Below, piece after piece: positions 17,644-26,997 of a stretch of 64,000 nt of DNA. Numbering within the stretch: position 1 is the first letter of the stretch; every line of letters begins with the position of its first letter. Origin of the DNA: a virus. Position numbers and translations under genes: made by a program. The notes below the pieces were generated by a model. The model saw only the letters and a list, made by a program, of their open reading frames with translations, did not search any database and was not told where the DNA came from. The stretch lies in IMG/VR virus record IMGVR_UViG_3300023181_000026, positions 1 through 64,000 of that record. One strand, 5' to 3'.

Positions 17644-18549
17644 ATGCACTACAATCAAATAAAATTCCCTTATTATCAAAATGGTATAAAAACTATAAAA
17701 CCGTCAGGGCTTATTTCTTTAGAACAGTTTATGAATTCTGTAAGGAAACCAAGGGCTGAGATGCAGGAAGCTTTTAAATTAATTGAGAAAGCATCTAAAG
17801 AAGGTAATAAAGCCGAGAAAGATAGATTAAAGACTGAGAAATTATTCTTCACTACCCCTTCTGTTATAGTTGATCCTATAAGAAATTACGATTCGATAAG
17901 GCAATTTCTACCCTTTGTTGTTGCGGAATACGATAATGTTGAATATGCGGAAGATCTAAGAGATTATATATTTGATAAATTCCCTAGTTGTATATTTGCT
18001 TTTACCTCTCCTAGTAAATCAGGTGCAAAATTTCTGTTTCATGTAGAACCTCCGACCAGTATAAATCATTATAAGGAATTGTTTTTTGGTTTGGCGGCAG
18101 ATTTAGATAAGTTTAAAGGACTAGATATGTCTAATGAAAGATGTACACAACCATTATTCAATAGTTGGGATGAGAATGCTAAATATAGAGACAATGCGAT
18201 ACCATCTACTAAGAGAGGCTTTAAAACTAATGCTTTCGATGCAGATAAAGAAATAGATTTTGATATGCCACAAGAAGTAGATGCAAAAATCGAAATAAAA
18301 GTGGTAGATTCTATAAAGTTTCTTATTGATAGGATTTTAGAATCAGCTCATCCTCAACTTTTAGGCTGCTCATTTTTGATTGGCGGCTGGGCAGCAGCAA
18401 ATTATATTCATCAGGATTTGGCGTTCGATACAATGATTGAAGCTATAGAAAATAATGACTATATGAGTAAAAATGTGAATGGTTATAAATTAACCGCGAA
18501 ACAAATGTTCGCAAAAGGATTAAATTTTCCAACAGAGTATAAATCATGA
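17644..18549 (+). CDS. VirE_N/BT4734-like primase-polymerase with C-terminal PriCT-like helical domain
   Basis: AEKDRLK.EKL.F.TPS, VVAEYD, FAFTSPSKSGAKFLF resemble VirE_N LP..TPS, LDID, F.SPSG.GLK. Confidence 0.7.
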   Translation: MHYNQIKFPYYQNGIKTIKPSGLISLEQFMNSVRKPRAEMQEAFKLIEKASKEGNKAEKDRLKTEKLFFTTPSVIVDPIRNYDSIRQFLPFVVAEYDNVEYAEDLRDYIFDKFPSCIFAFTSPSKSGAKFLFHVEPPTSINHYKELFFGLAADLDKFKGLDMSNERCTQPLFNSWDENAKYRDNAIPSTKRGFKTNAFDADKEIDFDMPQEVDAKIEIKVVDSIKFLIDRILESAHPQLLGCSFLIGGWAAANYIHQDLAFDTMIEAIENNDYMSKNVNGYKLTAKQMFAKGLNFPTEYKS

Positions 18550-18657
18550 CAACAGAAGAAAAATTAATTTCGATGCTTCAACCTAAAGACTATGTTTCCA
18601 AGGTAAAAAGTTATTGTAATAAATGTGAATATATAATTAATAAAACTAATAAGGAAA

Positions 18658-19083
18658 ATGAAAACATATAAAGGATTAATCACAGAACTGCCAAAAAACG
18701 GTATTTTCGTATTTGGATCAAATACACAAGGGAGACATTCTCTCGGAGCTGCAAAAACAGCAAGAGATAAGTTTGGGGCTCAGTACGCTAACCCTATGGG
18801 CAGACAAGGACAATCTTATGCTATAATAACTAAAGACCTTACTAAGAATATGCATCCTTCTATACCTAGAAGTTTTATAGAGAATCAGATTAGTGGGCTT
18901 TACAACTATGCTTTAAAGAATCCTGACTTAGATTTTTATGTAGCTTATAGTGGTGTTGGTAAGAATTTGAATGCTTATTCTAATCAAGAAATGGCGGATA
19001 TGTTCTCTCATATTCCAATAGTTGAAAATATAGTTTTTGAAGTTGAATTTAGTAAATTATTAAATAATGAATTATCCAGATAA
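18658..19083 (+). CDS. macrodomain-like phage protein (IFVFGSN...GAA family)
   Basis: IFVFGSNTQGRHSLGAAKTA...GRQGQSYAI.TK signature of A1S_2505-type phage proteins; macrodomain link is recalled/inferred. Confidence 0.6.
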   Translation: MKTYKGLITELPKNGIFVFGSNTQGRHSLGAAKTARDKFGAQYANPMGRQGQSYAIITKDLTKNMHPSIPRSFIENQISGLYNYALKNPDLDFYVAYSGVGKNLNAYSNQEMADMFSHIPIVENIVFEVEFSKLLNNELSR

Positions 19084-19348
19084 AATATATTTAAATACAG
19101 GATATGAAGCCGATAGTGTGGATTTTCATGAACTGTTTGAAGTCACTTGGTCTGAAAATAAAGTTCACAGTAATGATATAGCTTATATTTCTAAGGATTC
19201 TCTTCTGTCTTTTTTATGCTCGCGAATAAAAGAAATAGAACACGAAAAATCTACTATAAATACGAATACAATGGCAGGAGGAAACAAAATCAATCGTCTT
19301 AGAGGTATTCAAAAAGAACTTAAACAAATAATAGAAACTTTTAAATAA
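19067..19348 (+). CDS. hypothetical phage protein (93 aa)
   Basis: ORF track; PDKIYL...VTWSE..V..NDI.Y pattern. Confidence 0.7.
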   Translation: MNYPDKIYLNTGYEADSVDFHELFEVTWSENKVHSNDIAYISKDSLLSFLCSRIKEIEHEKSTINTNTMAGGNKINRLRGIQKELKQIIETFK

Positions 19349-19354
19349 AATTTT

Positions 19355-19729
19355 ATGGCACAAATAAAAGCAGGAGATAAAGTTAAATTTTTAGCTATAT
19401 CTTGGGACGAGCCTCATTGGGAATTTGACCACCCCACAGTTGTATTAAAACCTTTAATAAGATATTCACCTAATGGGGAAGGGTGTGAAGGATTAATAGA
19501 AGAATTAGCTATTGATATATGCGTAGAAGATGTAGAGGATGAGGATATTTCAGAAGAATTTGATTGGAGAAAATGGAAATTATCAACTTTAAATAAAGTA
19601 GCCAAAGAAAGGTTAGAAGGAAAAGACACATGGAAGTCTAAGATTATAGAAGTTGTAAAACAGACTTTAGAATTCTATGAAGGTGAAGATGGTTTAGAGT
19701 TTAGTGTGATAGAAACTGTAACTGTTTAA
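19355..19729 (+). CDS. hypothetical acidic protein (124 aa)
   Basis: ORF track; array. Confidence 0.7.
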   Translation: MAQIKAGDKVKFLAISWDEPHWEFDHPTVVLKPLIRYSPNGEGCEGLIEELAIDICVEDVEDEDISEEFDWRKWKLSTLNKVAKERLEGKDTWKSKIIEVVKQTLEFYEGEDGLEFSVIETVTV

Positions 19730-19734
19730 AAACT

Positions 19735-19923
19735 ATGGAACATCACAAATATGGAATATTTTTAATTGAACTAAAAAAAGATGGAGAAGTCATAGGAATA
19801 TATGAAAGTATGTCTACTATGGAATTTATTACAGAATTTGAAACATTACAAGAATGTAGAGAGTTTCAATCTGAATACTCTAATATTTATAGCTTGAAAA
19901 CTATTATAATACCTGTTTACTAA
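19735..19923 (+). CDS. hypothetical phage protein (62 aa)
   Basis: ORF track; array. Confidence 0.6.
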   Translation: MEHHKYGIFLIELKKDGEVIGIYESMSTMEFITEFETLQECREFQSEYSNIYSLKTIIIPVY

Positions 19924-19925
19924 AA

Positions 19926-20159
19926 ATGAACGACACTTTAATTATATGCATTACCTTAGTAATTTTATCAGTTTTGTTTATTATCTTTCATTTTATTTCG
20001 CGGCAAATAAATAATCCTTATACAGAGGAAATTATAGGTGAAAGACATGAGCACATTTATAGCCAATTAAACCCTAACAGGCAGGTATTAATTTATACTA
20101 TAAGACGATCATATAAAAACGGTAAAATAAAAGTATATACATCTACAATAGAGCATTAA
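19926..20159 (+). CDS. single-pass membrane protein (77 aa)
   Basis: N-terminal hydrophobic LIICITLVILSVLFIIFHFI. Confidence 0.65.
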   Translation: MNDTLIICITLVILSVLFIIFHFISRQINNPYTEEIIGERHEHIYSQLNPNRQVLIYTIRRSYKNGKIKVYTSTIEH

Positions 20160-20163
20160 TAAT

Positions 20164-20421
20164 ATGGAAATTAAATCAATAACTTACGGATCTACTTGTT
20201 TCGGTAATTTAATGCGAGTTAACGGAGTTGATTATGAAGATATGTCTGAACAGGAACAGATTGATATAATAATGCTTGCGACAAAAGAAGATTATGGTAG
20301 AAGTACTTTATTTATGGAGGCTTTAAAGATATTGTCTTCCGAATATGATGGCGAGTATTCAACACACTATTGTAGTCAATGCGGAACAACAGAAAATATA
20401 ATGAAAGTAAATTTAGAATAG
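20164..20421 (+). CDS. hypothetical phage protein (85 aa)
   Basis: ORF track; C-terminal CSQC. Confidence 0.65.
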   Translation: MEIKSITYGSTCFGNLMRVNGVDYEDMSEQEQIDIIMLATKEDYGRSTLFMEALKILSSEYDGEYSTHYCSQCGTTENIMKVNLE

Positions 20422-20892
20422 ATGATAACAGAAGATTCAAAAATATTAGCGGAATATTTAGATTGGAAATATATTCCTTTTAATGATTTGCAAAATTATC
20501 CTAAAGCAGGTTGGTGGAAAAAGTCAAAATCTTTAAATAAAAGAAGTTATTTTGTCAATGAGGGATATGCAGAGTATATAGTTAGAAAGCATTCAGAACT
20601 TAGATTCTATAATTCTTATGATTGGTTATTCAAAGTGATTAAAAAGCTTGAAAGTGAAGAGTTAGAAGATTATATGTACTCTTGGGAAGATGAAAGAGGA
20701 ATGAACTATAATTTTAATGGTATAAGGGTAGATAGAATGGGAGATTGGGATGTTTCTATACATCTAGAATTAGATCCTGCTATAGTAATTGGAGAGGCTA
20801 GACTTATTAAAGATGATAAAGAACAATTGTTTTCAGTTCTTGTTGCGGCGGTTAAAAAAGTGAATGAAATTAAAACAGAAAGTAGATTATGA
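20422..20892 (+). CDS. conserved Bacteroidota-phage hypothetical protein (156 aa)
   Basis: ILAEYL.W...L.FYNSYDWLF.VI.KLE pattern. Confidence 0.7.
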   Translation: MITEDSKILAEYLDWKYIPFNDLQNYPKAGWWKKSKSLNKRSYFVNEGYAEYIVRKHSELRFYNSYDWLFKVIKKLESEELEDYMYSWEDERGMNYNFNGIRVDRMGDWDVSIHLELDPAIVIGEARLIKDDKEQLFSVLVAAVKKVNEIKTESRL

Positions 20893-21233
20893 AATCATTT
20901 AAGTTAATAAAAGAATATCCAGGATGTAGTGAATTAGGAAGAATAGTCCACTTATTTGGAGATGTTTACAGGGAATCTAAAACTATTGGTGGATTTTTTG
21001 TGAAGAGTGATATAGAAACTTACCCTGAATTTTGGGAACAATTATAAAAATAAATTATGGAGGCACTAAAAGATTGGTCAGATTATCCTATAGGAACAAA
21101 AGCTCCTGCGATAATGGGAGGGTATTGGATTAAAAGAGTAAATGGCTGGCAATGGAATGAAACAGGTGGCACTTTTCCCAGACCTGGAGCTGATAATTCA
21201 GGAACAGTTATTTTACCACTTAATAAATAAGTA

Positions 21234-21536
21234 ATGACTTTAGAAGAAAAACTTATAGATCTCGGATTTATAAGGCGGGATAGTAAAATATTAGACAGTT
21301 ATATCCTAGACATTTCATATACACCGACCGAAATAAAAGAATTAAGCATAAGCACAGAATTAGGAAATCAATATGTTTATATAAGACAAGGTGATAAGGG
21401 TAAGGCTCATTGGGAAGTAGACTTAGTTTGCATTTATAATTCTGATTATATGGGAAATCTTACAGTAGAGTACATAGAAAAATTAGTTGAAGTAATTAAA
21501 CCAAAAATAAAGGAAAGCTTGAGATATGACAAATAA
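21234..21536 (+). CDS. hypothetical phage protein (100 aa)
   Basis: ORF track; array. Confidence 0.65.
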   Translation: MTLEEKLIDLGFIRRDSKILDSYILDISYTPTEIKELSISTELGNQYVYIRQGDKGKAHWEVDLVCIYNSDYMGNLTVEYIEKLVEVIKPKIKESLRYDK

Positions 21537-21656
21537 AACTCTAAAATCAATTATAATTGAAGAACTTGTGGCAAGTGAGTATCAGGATAATTATTCTTAT
21601 GAAGACATTGCAAATAGTATAATTTGGAAAATTCGCGCAAAATAAAATAAATAAGA

Positions 21657-21914
21657 ATGGCAAGAGAAGCAGTACACACATTAAGACTAACATGGATTCC
21701 TGAAAAAGGAAGTGTATGTCATATATCTAATTTTAAAAATAATCTTATAGTTGGTGAGGGGTTTGGTGCAACATTTTTAGACATTGCTGCTGATGGAAAA
21801 GACATAGTCTTTAGATTTTGTAAGGAAATAGCCGAGGAAGATATAAAAATGCGGCGGAAAAAAGAACTGACAGATCAAATAAATAAGCTACAAGAAGAAC
21901 TTAACTCACTATAA
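21657..21914 (+). CDS. hypothetical phage protein (85 aa)
   Basis: ORF track; array. Confidence 0.65.
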   Translation: MAREAVHTLRLTWIPEKGSVCHISNFKNNLIVGEGFGATFLDIAADGKDIVFRFCKEIAEEDIKMRRKKELTDQINKLQEELNSL

Positions 21915-21918
21915 AACA

Positions 21919-23508
21919 ATGACATATAAAGAACTATCTCCAGAACAAATAGAATATATAAGACATATTTATTATTCAGAAAGGAGTCATAAAGAAAAAA
22001 CAGATCTTCTAGGAGAAAAGTTTGGAATAGCTGAACGCACTGTAAGAAAATGGTGGGAGTATATGGATTTGAATAAAATATCATCCGATCTCCCTCTACA
22101 ACTGCAAAAAGCACAAAACAGAAATCTACATAAAGATACTAAAGTTGTTTTAGTTACTACAGCGCAAAATAAAACTTCAATAAATAGAGATTTCTTAAAC
22201 AATTTAAAAGCTTATCAGTCCTATATTGAAACTGTATTAGGTAAGAAAACAGAACTAATCATCATCCCGTCTCGTTACAGAAATCCCTCTTCTAACATAG
22301 AAACTGAGGCTACTAAAGCTCAGGATTGGTGGGAGGATGAAATAGAAGATTATTTATTTTATGGCAAGGTTGATTTCGGAGATGTTTTGATTTCAGCGGA
22401 CAGTAGAATAAGCCCAACAGCTAAGGAGCCAATCCTAGGGTATGAAATACTGGCAGATAATAAGCATTTGGTTTTAGGGCACAGTAAGACGCATTTTAAA
22501 ACTCTTCCTAGATTTAGAGGAGAAGATTTGAGAACTATAGCAACTACAGGGTATCTAACCACAAAAAACTACTCTCAGAGTAAGAGTGGAGAAATTGGTA
22601 GTAATAACCATTGTTATGGATTTGTTGTCCTAGAAAAAATTGATGAAAAACGTTGCTATATACCTAGAAATGTAAAAGTAAAAAAAGACGGAAGTTTTAC
22701 AGATCTTATACATTCAGTTGATAAAAAAGTATCTGTAATATCAGAATCTTTAGGTTTTATATGGGGCGACATACATACTAGAGTTGTAAATAGGGATTTT
22801 GTAAATGTAACTAAAGAGTTGCTTAAAAAATTAAAGCCTAAAAAGAACATTTTGCACGATATTTTTGATGGAAGTACTATAAACCCCCACGAGAGTAAAG
22901 ACATGTTCATACAGCGTCTAAAAATAGTACAGAACAAACATCTATTAGAGGATGAAGTTAATGAATGCTTAGACTTCATAGAAGAAATTAAAGGTTGCTG
23001 TGGAGAAGTTTATATTTCAGAGTCAAACCATGATGTATTTTTACCAAGGCACATTAATGGAGAAAACTGGAAACGAGACTTACATAATAGCCCTGCATAT
23101 TTGAAATATGCTCTAATTCAACAAACAGTTGACTTAACCCAATATGGAGACATACTAGGTTACCTTATACATCAACGATTTGGAGAAGACGTTACATATT
23201 TAAAAATGGGAGATTCTATGTATCTTGCTGATTATCAGGTGGCTAGCCATGGAGATTATTCTTCAAACGGCAGTCGAGGCGGCACAAGAGGATTTAGTAG
23301 ATTGAATTTAAAACTGATACATGGACACAGCCATTCTCCGATGTTGCATAATAACGTCTCATGTGTCGGAGTAACGTGTAACATACATCAGTTTTATAAT
23401 AGAAAAGGATTATCTTCATGGGCATATGGTCACTCTGTTGTACATAGCAATGGTAAAAATCAGTTACTAGTATTTACTGACGATTATAAACTATCAGGAT
23501 TAATTTAA
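21919..23508 (+). CDS. N-terminal HTH + calcineurin-like metallophosphoesterase/nuclease (T5 A1-like architecture)
   Basis: HTH LGEKFGIAERTVRKWW; motifs GDIH, HDIFDG, SNHD, SHGD, HGHSH. Confidence 0.75.
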   Translation: MTYKELSPEQIEYIRHIYYSERSHKEKTDLLGEKFGIAERTVRKWWEYMDLNKISSDLPLQLQKAQNRNLHKDTKVVLVTTAQNKTSINRDFLNNLKAYQSYIETVLGKKTELIIIPSRYRNPSSNIETEATKAQDWWEDEIEDYLFYGKVDFGDVLISADSRISPTAKEPILGYEILADNKHLVLGHSKTHFKTLPRFRGEDLRTIATTGYLTTKNYSQSKSGEIGSNNHCYGFVVLEKIDEKRCYIPRNVKVKKDGSFTDLIHSVDKKVSVISESLGFIWGDIHTRVVNRDFVNVTKELLKKLKPKKNILHDIFDGSTINPHESKDMFIQRLKIVQNKHLLEDEVNECLDFIEEIKGCCGEVYISESNHDVFLPRHINGENWKRDLHNSPAYLKYALIQQTVDLTQYGDILGYLIHQRFGEDVTYLKMGDSMYLADYQVASHGDYSSNGSRGGTRGFSRLNLKLIHGHSHSPMLHNNVSCVGVTCNIHQFYNRKGLSSWAYGHSVVHSNGKNQLLVFTDDYKLSGLI

Positions 23509-23510
23509 AA

Positions 23511-24128
23511 ATGGAAAGAATAGTACAAGATTTCACATTAGCTCCTTTGTTGTATATAAACGACGAGGGAGTTGAATGTGTAGAAAGATGGCTTCCTGTA
23601 AAAGGATTTGAAGATTATTATGAAGTAAGTGATTTAGGAAGATTTAAAGCCTTAGATAGAGTTATTACGCGCCATAATGGAGTAAAGGAATCAAAACCGT
23701 CCAGAATATTAAAAAACTTATATTATAGTAACGGGTACTGTCAATTAATGTTTTATGTGGATAAAGTTAGAAGTACTTTTATAGCACATAGGGTTGTGGC
23801 GGAACACTTTATTCCTAACCCTCATAATTTACCTATAGTTAATCATAAAGATTTGTCTAGGGATAATAATAAAGTTTCTAACCTAGAATGGATGAATCAC
23901 TCTCAAAATGCATTGCACGCTGTTAAGGGCGGAAAGAAACTAGGAGGTGCGTTACACGGAACAAACAATAAAAACGCAAAGGTCAATGATGATATTGTAA
24001 GAGAGATTAGAGCAAGCAAGGTAAAAGGGGTACACAATAAAGAACTTTTCAATAAATATTGCCACTTAATATCTAAAAGTACTTTCAGTAATATAGCTAA
24101 TGGTCAGGGATGGAGTCATGTAAAATAA
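23511..24128 (+). CDS. NUMOD4-HNH homing endonuclease
   Basis: ERWLPVKGFEDYYEVSDLGRFK (NUMOD4); AHRVVAEHFIPNPHNLPIVNHKDLSRDNNKVSNLEW (HNH_3). Confidence 0.92.
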   Translation: MERIVQDFTLAPLLYINDEGVECVERWLPVKGFEDYYEVSDLGRFKALDRVITRHNGVKESKPSRILKNLYYSNGYCQLMFYVDKVRSTFIAHRVVAEHFIPNPHNLPIVNHKDLSRDNNKVSNLEWMNHSQNALHAVKGGKKLGGALHGTNNKNAKVNDDIVREIRASKVKGVHNKELFNKYCHLISKSTFSNIANGQGWSHVK

Positions 24129-24502
24129 ACATTATGTCAAAAACAACAAAAATAAATAAAGATGCTATTGTCTCTGTAAGACATTGGAAAACTAAAAAGT
24201 CTGATATAAGATGGGTAGATTTACCTGTAGAAACTATATTTTTTGGTTTAATAAGAACTAAGAAACCCCGTTCAGGATATTTTAAAAAGTCAGCTTTTAG
24301 TAGAGAGTTTGATGTATTTTTAACTGAGAAACAATTAGAAGAGTATAATGTGTATTTATATAAAGGGGAACTTTACACTAAACCTGAAATATGTATTGCT
24401 ATGTCTAATAAAGAAGTTTTTAGAAAAGTCTTTGAAAGTGATGGAGAATGTGAAGAATGGCTATCTACTAATCTTGAAGGTGTAAACTTGATTGAAATGT
24501 AG
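24110..24502 (+). CDS. hypothetical phage protein (about 121-130 aa)
   Basis: ORF track; likely start at MSKTTK. Confidence 0.7.
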   Translation: MESCKINIMSKTTKINKDAIVSVRHWKTKKSDIRWVDLPVETIFFGLIRTKKPRSGYFKKSAFSREFDVFLTEKQLEEYNVYLYKGELYTKPEICIAMSNKEVFRKVFESDGECEEWLSTNLEGVNLIEM

Positions 24503-24525
24503 CTTTGTTAAATTTTAGTTAATAG

Positions 24526-24560
24526 ATGCCTCCTTAGTTGTGGGGCATTTTTATTTTTCT
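24526..24560 (+). terminator. intrinsic terminator
   Basis: ATGCCTC-loop-GGGGCAT followed by TTTTATTTTTCT. Confidence 0.7.
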
Positions 24561-24602
24561 TTACTTTGTATCTGTGGAAGAGAATTTTTCAGTTTTGGCT
24601 TC

Positions 24603-24633
24603 CTGTTTTTATAGCTTGCTGACGCTTTCTTTT
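24603..24633 (-). repeat. copy 2 of 31-bp perfect inverted repeat
   Basis: reverse complement of 8486-8516. Confidence 0.95.
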
Positions 24634-24665
24634 CCGCCGAAATTTAACAAAATTATTTTAAAAAT

Positions 24666-24902
24666 ATGTATAAACAACAAATATCATCTAGATCTCATGA
24701 AAAGGAATACTCTATAGATTTATTTATAGACTTTCTAAATAAAGAAAAGCAGAAAGGTGCAACACATTTTGAAGTCAAGTGGAGTGGAGACCCTGTTTGG
24801 TCTTTTCAATGGTTGAATACTTTTAGGATTAAGAGTAAAGATGAAGTTAAAGAAATTGAGATACAAAGACTGCAAAAAGAAATAGATAAATTAAAGAAAT
24901 AA
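24666..24902 (+). CDS. hypothetical phage protein (78 aa)
   Basis: ORF track. Confidence 0.65.
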   Translation: MYKQQISSRSHEKEYSIDLFIDFLNKEKQKGATHFEVKWSGDPVWSFQWLNTFRIKSKDEVKEIEIQRLQKEIDKLKK

Positions 24903-25055
24903 TGTACTATTTAAAACTTATTTTTATTCTTTTGGGCTTTTTGGTTCCGCCGCATTAAGTCTTGGTTTTTCATGGACTAATAGTTTTAAGAAGAATTTTA
25001 TCTGTCTTATTATATGTACAGTGTTTTTAGTAATCTTATGTAAATTTTTAAATTA

Positions 25056-25259
25056 ATGAATAAAATTAAATCTGTAAACTTATTATGGCTTTCAGTCGGT
25101 GTTATTTTTTATTTAGCACTTTCTTTTGTTTTCAGTTCTTTTTCTCCCGCCGATTTTCCTTTAGCTCCAAAGGCGTTCTTTACCTTTGTTTGGATTTTTG
25201 TATCTACTGTGGCTACAGCGATGATTTTAAATAATAAAAGAGATTATGACGGAGAATAG
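25056..25259 (+). CDS. two-TM membrane protein (67 aa)
   Basis: two hydrophobic segments. Confidence 0.65.
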   Translation: MNKIKSVNLLWLSVGVIFYLALSFVFSSFSPADFPLAPKAFFTFVWIFVSTVATAMILNNKRDYDGE

Positions 25260-25548
25260 AATAGTATTTATAGAAGATGCTCATGAGTATAATTACTTAA
25301 GAGAATATAACGACAATGAAGGTACTATAACGCATAGTTTAGTATACCCTATATCTTCTGAGTGGAGTGAGCATTTAAAAGGTACTGTAGCTTTATCTAT
25401 AGTTGAGAATACAGGAGATTTGTCTTTTACTTTTTGTTCGCGGCCAAATAAAAGAATAACTTACTCAGATGCGGAAGAACTTATGTTATTATTAAGGCTA
25501 GCTTTAGAAAAACGGGAAATAAAAATAGGAACATTAGAAGAATTATGA
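25246..25548 (+). CDS. hypothetical phage protein (100 aa)
   Basis: ORF track; array. Confidence 0.65.
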   Translation: MTENRIVFIEDAHEYNYLREYNDNEGTITHSLVYPISSEWSEHLKGTVALSIVENTGDLSFTFCSRPNKRITYSDAEELMLLLRLALEKREIKIGTLEEL

Positions 25549-25733
25549 TAAGAATAACAACTGCAAATGGATTAAAGCAAAAACCTAAAGATTTTGATTT
25601 TGCTATATTCCCTAATATTATATTTAGTCAACCTCCAGAATCGGTAGGAGTAATAGATCGCTCATGTAGTTTCGCTATAGCTTTTGAATGGGGTTATTGG
25701 GCATTAATATTTTGGTTCATAAAAACTAAATAA
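25545..25733 (+). CDS. hypothetical phage protein (62 aa)
   Basis: ORF track; ATGA overlap. Confidence 0.6.
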   Translation: MIRITTANGLKQKPKDFDFAIFPNIIFSQPPESVGVIDRSCSFAIAFEWGYWALIFWFIKTK

Positions 25734-25734
25734 T

Positions 25735-25962
25735 ATGAAAAAATTAGACAATCTATTAGACGTAATAATAGACAGAATTAAAAGAAATCTAGACTTTGAA
25801 GACGCTTTAGGATTTGATAGGAATATAGATGAGATATTAGCAAACTATAAAGACTCTCGTGCTATAAATGAAGGGGTTTTATTTTTATATGATAATCCAC
25901 AAATAGAATATAAAGATGTATTATTATCTTGCGGAAATAAATTAACAATAAGCTTATCATGA
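25735..25962 (+). CDS. hypothetical phage protein (75 aa)
   Basis: ORF track; array. Confidence 0.6.
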   Translation: MKKLDNLLDVIIDRIKRNLDFEDALGFDRNIDEILANYKDSRAINEGVLFLYDNPQIEYKDVLLSCGNKLTISLS

Positions 25963-26156
25963 AATTAACAGAAGAAAATAAAAGGAGAATTGACCACTAT
26001 TTTGATAACAATTCTATACTACAAAGAAGTTTAGAACTTAATAGGAAATTTGTAGATGATATATCAACAGCAGAATTAAATGGTTTAATGAAACCCTTTG
26101 ACGAATATGATATGGCTTCATTTAAGGCTACAGGAGAAAGAGTTAAGATTATCTAA
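25959..26156 (+). CDS. hypothetical phage protein (65 aa), last gene of + arm
   Basis: ORF track; ATGA overlap. Confidence 0.55.
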   Translation: MKLTEENKRRIDHYFDNNSILQRSLELNRKFVDDISTAELNGLMKPFDEYDMASFKATGERVKII

Positions 26157-26245
26157 AGGCAAACTAAGAGAGGTAGAGTAGAAGTGTCTTACAATCTAAT
26201 CCTGCTTCAGGATTTTGGGTTAATGAAAATGAGTTAGAATAAAGA

Positions 26246-26283
26246 ATTCCCCTTAGATTTCTCTTTGGGGATTTTGCTTTTTG
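26246..26283. terminator. putative terminator at convergence of the two arms
   Basis: TCCCC-TTAGATTTCTCTTT-GGGGA hairpin flanked by AAAGAA and TTTTGCTTTTT. Confidence 0.5.
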
Positions 26284-26361
26284 TAATTTCTAAACTCTGT
26301 TGCAGTTCTAAATAGGCTCTTTTATAAGATTGTGCTTCTTTTGTATATCGCTTGCCGTCAT

Positions 26362-26556
26362 CTATTTTATTTGATGTTTATTCATTACACTTTTTAGATC
26401 TTCTACTGTTATAAACTTACCTTGAGTTATCAGTATATCATTCTCTGTTATTATATAATTCTGTTGTATTAGATTGGCATGTAATTTTATTCTACCTTTT
26501 TGAAATATGTCTTTATCTTTTTTATCTCGGCGGACTTTTATATATTTCCACCCCAT
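26362..26556 (-). CDS. hypothetical phage protein (64 aa)
   Basis: ORF track; - strand array. Confidence 0.5.
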   Translation of the reverse strand: MGWKYIKVRRDKKDKDIFQKGRIKLHANLIQQNYIITENDILITQGKFITVEDLKSVMNKHQIK

Positions 26557-26576
26557 ATACTCTAGTTATCTTGCTG

Positions 26577-26777
26577 TCATAATCTCAATTTAACCCATTT
26601 ATTGTCTACAAATTCTTCTATACTTTCCTGACAGGGTAGATAAGATAAAAATCTATCATTCCTATCTCTAACTGTAATTAGATATTCGGAATCTTCTACA
26701 TCAAAATGTAATCCTCCTTCAATCCACTCTGTGTAGTCTGATGTGTCTCCTAATATTAGACCTCTAAATTTTCTCAT
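26577..26777 (-). CDS. YopX-like small protein
   Basis: MRKFRG...EWIEGGL...YLI N-terminal pattern of YopX family. Confidence 0.55.
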   Translation of the reverse strand: MRKFRGLILGDTSDYTEWIEGGLHFDVEDSEYLITVRDRNDRFLSYLPCQESIEEFVDNKWVKLRL

Positions 26778-26997
26778 ATAGCTTATTCTGTATTTCTTTT
26801 AATATTTGTATTTTTGCCTCTAGTTTTAAAACTTCCTCTGGATTAATTCTTTTGGCGAGTTTTGTTCTTGTAGCATCACTTAGTTTGCTCCTGTAACTAT
26901 TCAATAAATCTAGAATTAGTTTTTTATCTTCTTTTAGGCGCGCGAAATAGCCTAGTCCATATTCAGAAAGGTTTTCTGTAGAAGGTTTTTTAATCAT
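26764..26997 (-). CDS. hypothetical phage protein (77 aa)
   Basis: ORF track; overlaps neighbours. Confidence 0.6.
   Translation of the reverse strand: MIKKPSTENLSEYGLGYFARLKEDKKLILDLLNSYRSKLSDATRTKLAKRINPEEVLKLEAKIQILKEIQNKLYEKI

Noticed and set aside
24500-24507. TAGCTTTG as a functional promoter
   Set aside because: It overlaps the stop codon, has no well-spaced -33 box, and is followed within about 20 nt by a terminator.
8425-26240. TAA read-through suggested by coding-looking continuations after TAA at 8425, 14164 and 26154
   Set aside because: TAA is the dominant stop here. With about 80 small genes a few open continuations are expected by chance, and gene decay explains them more simply.
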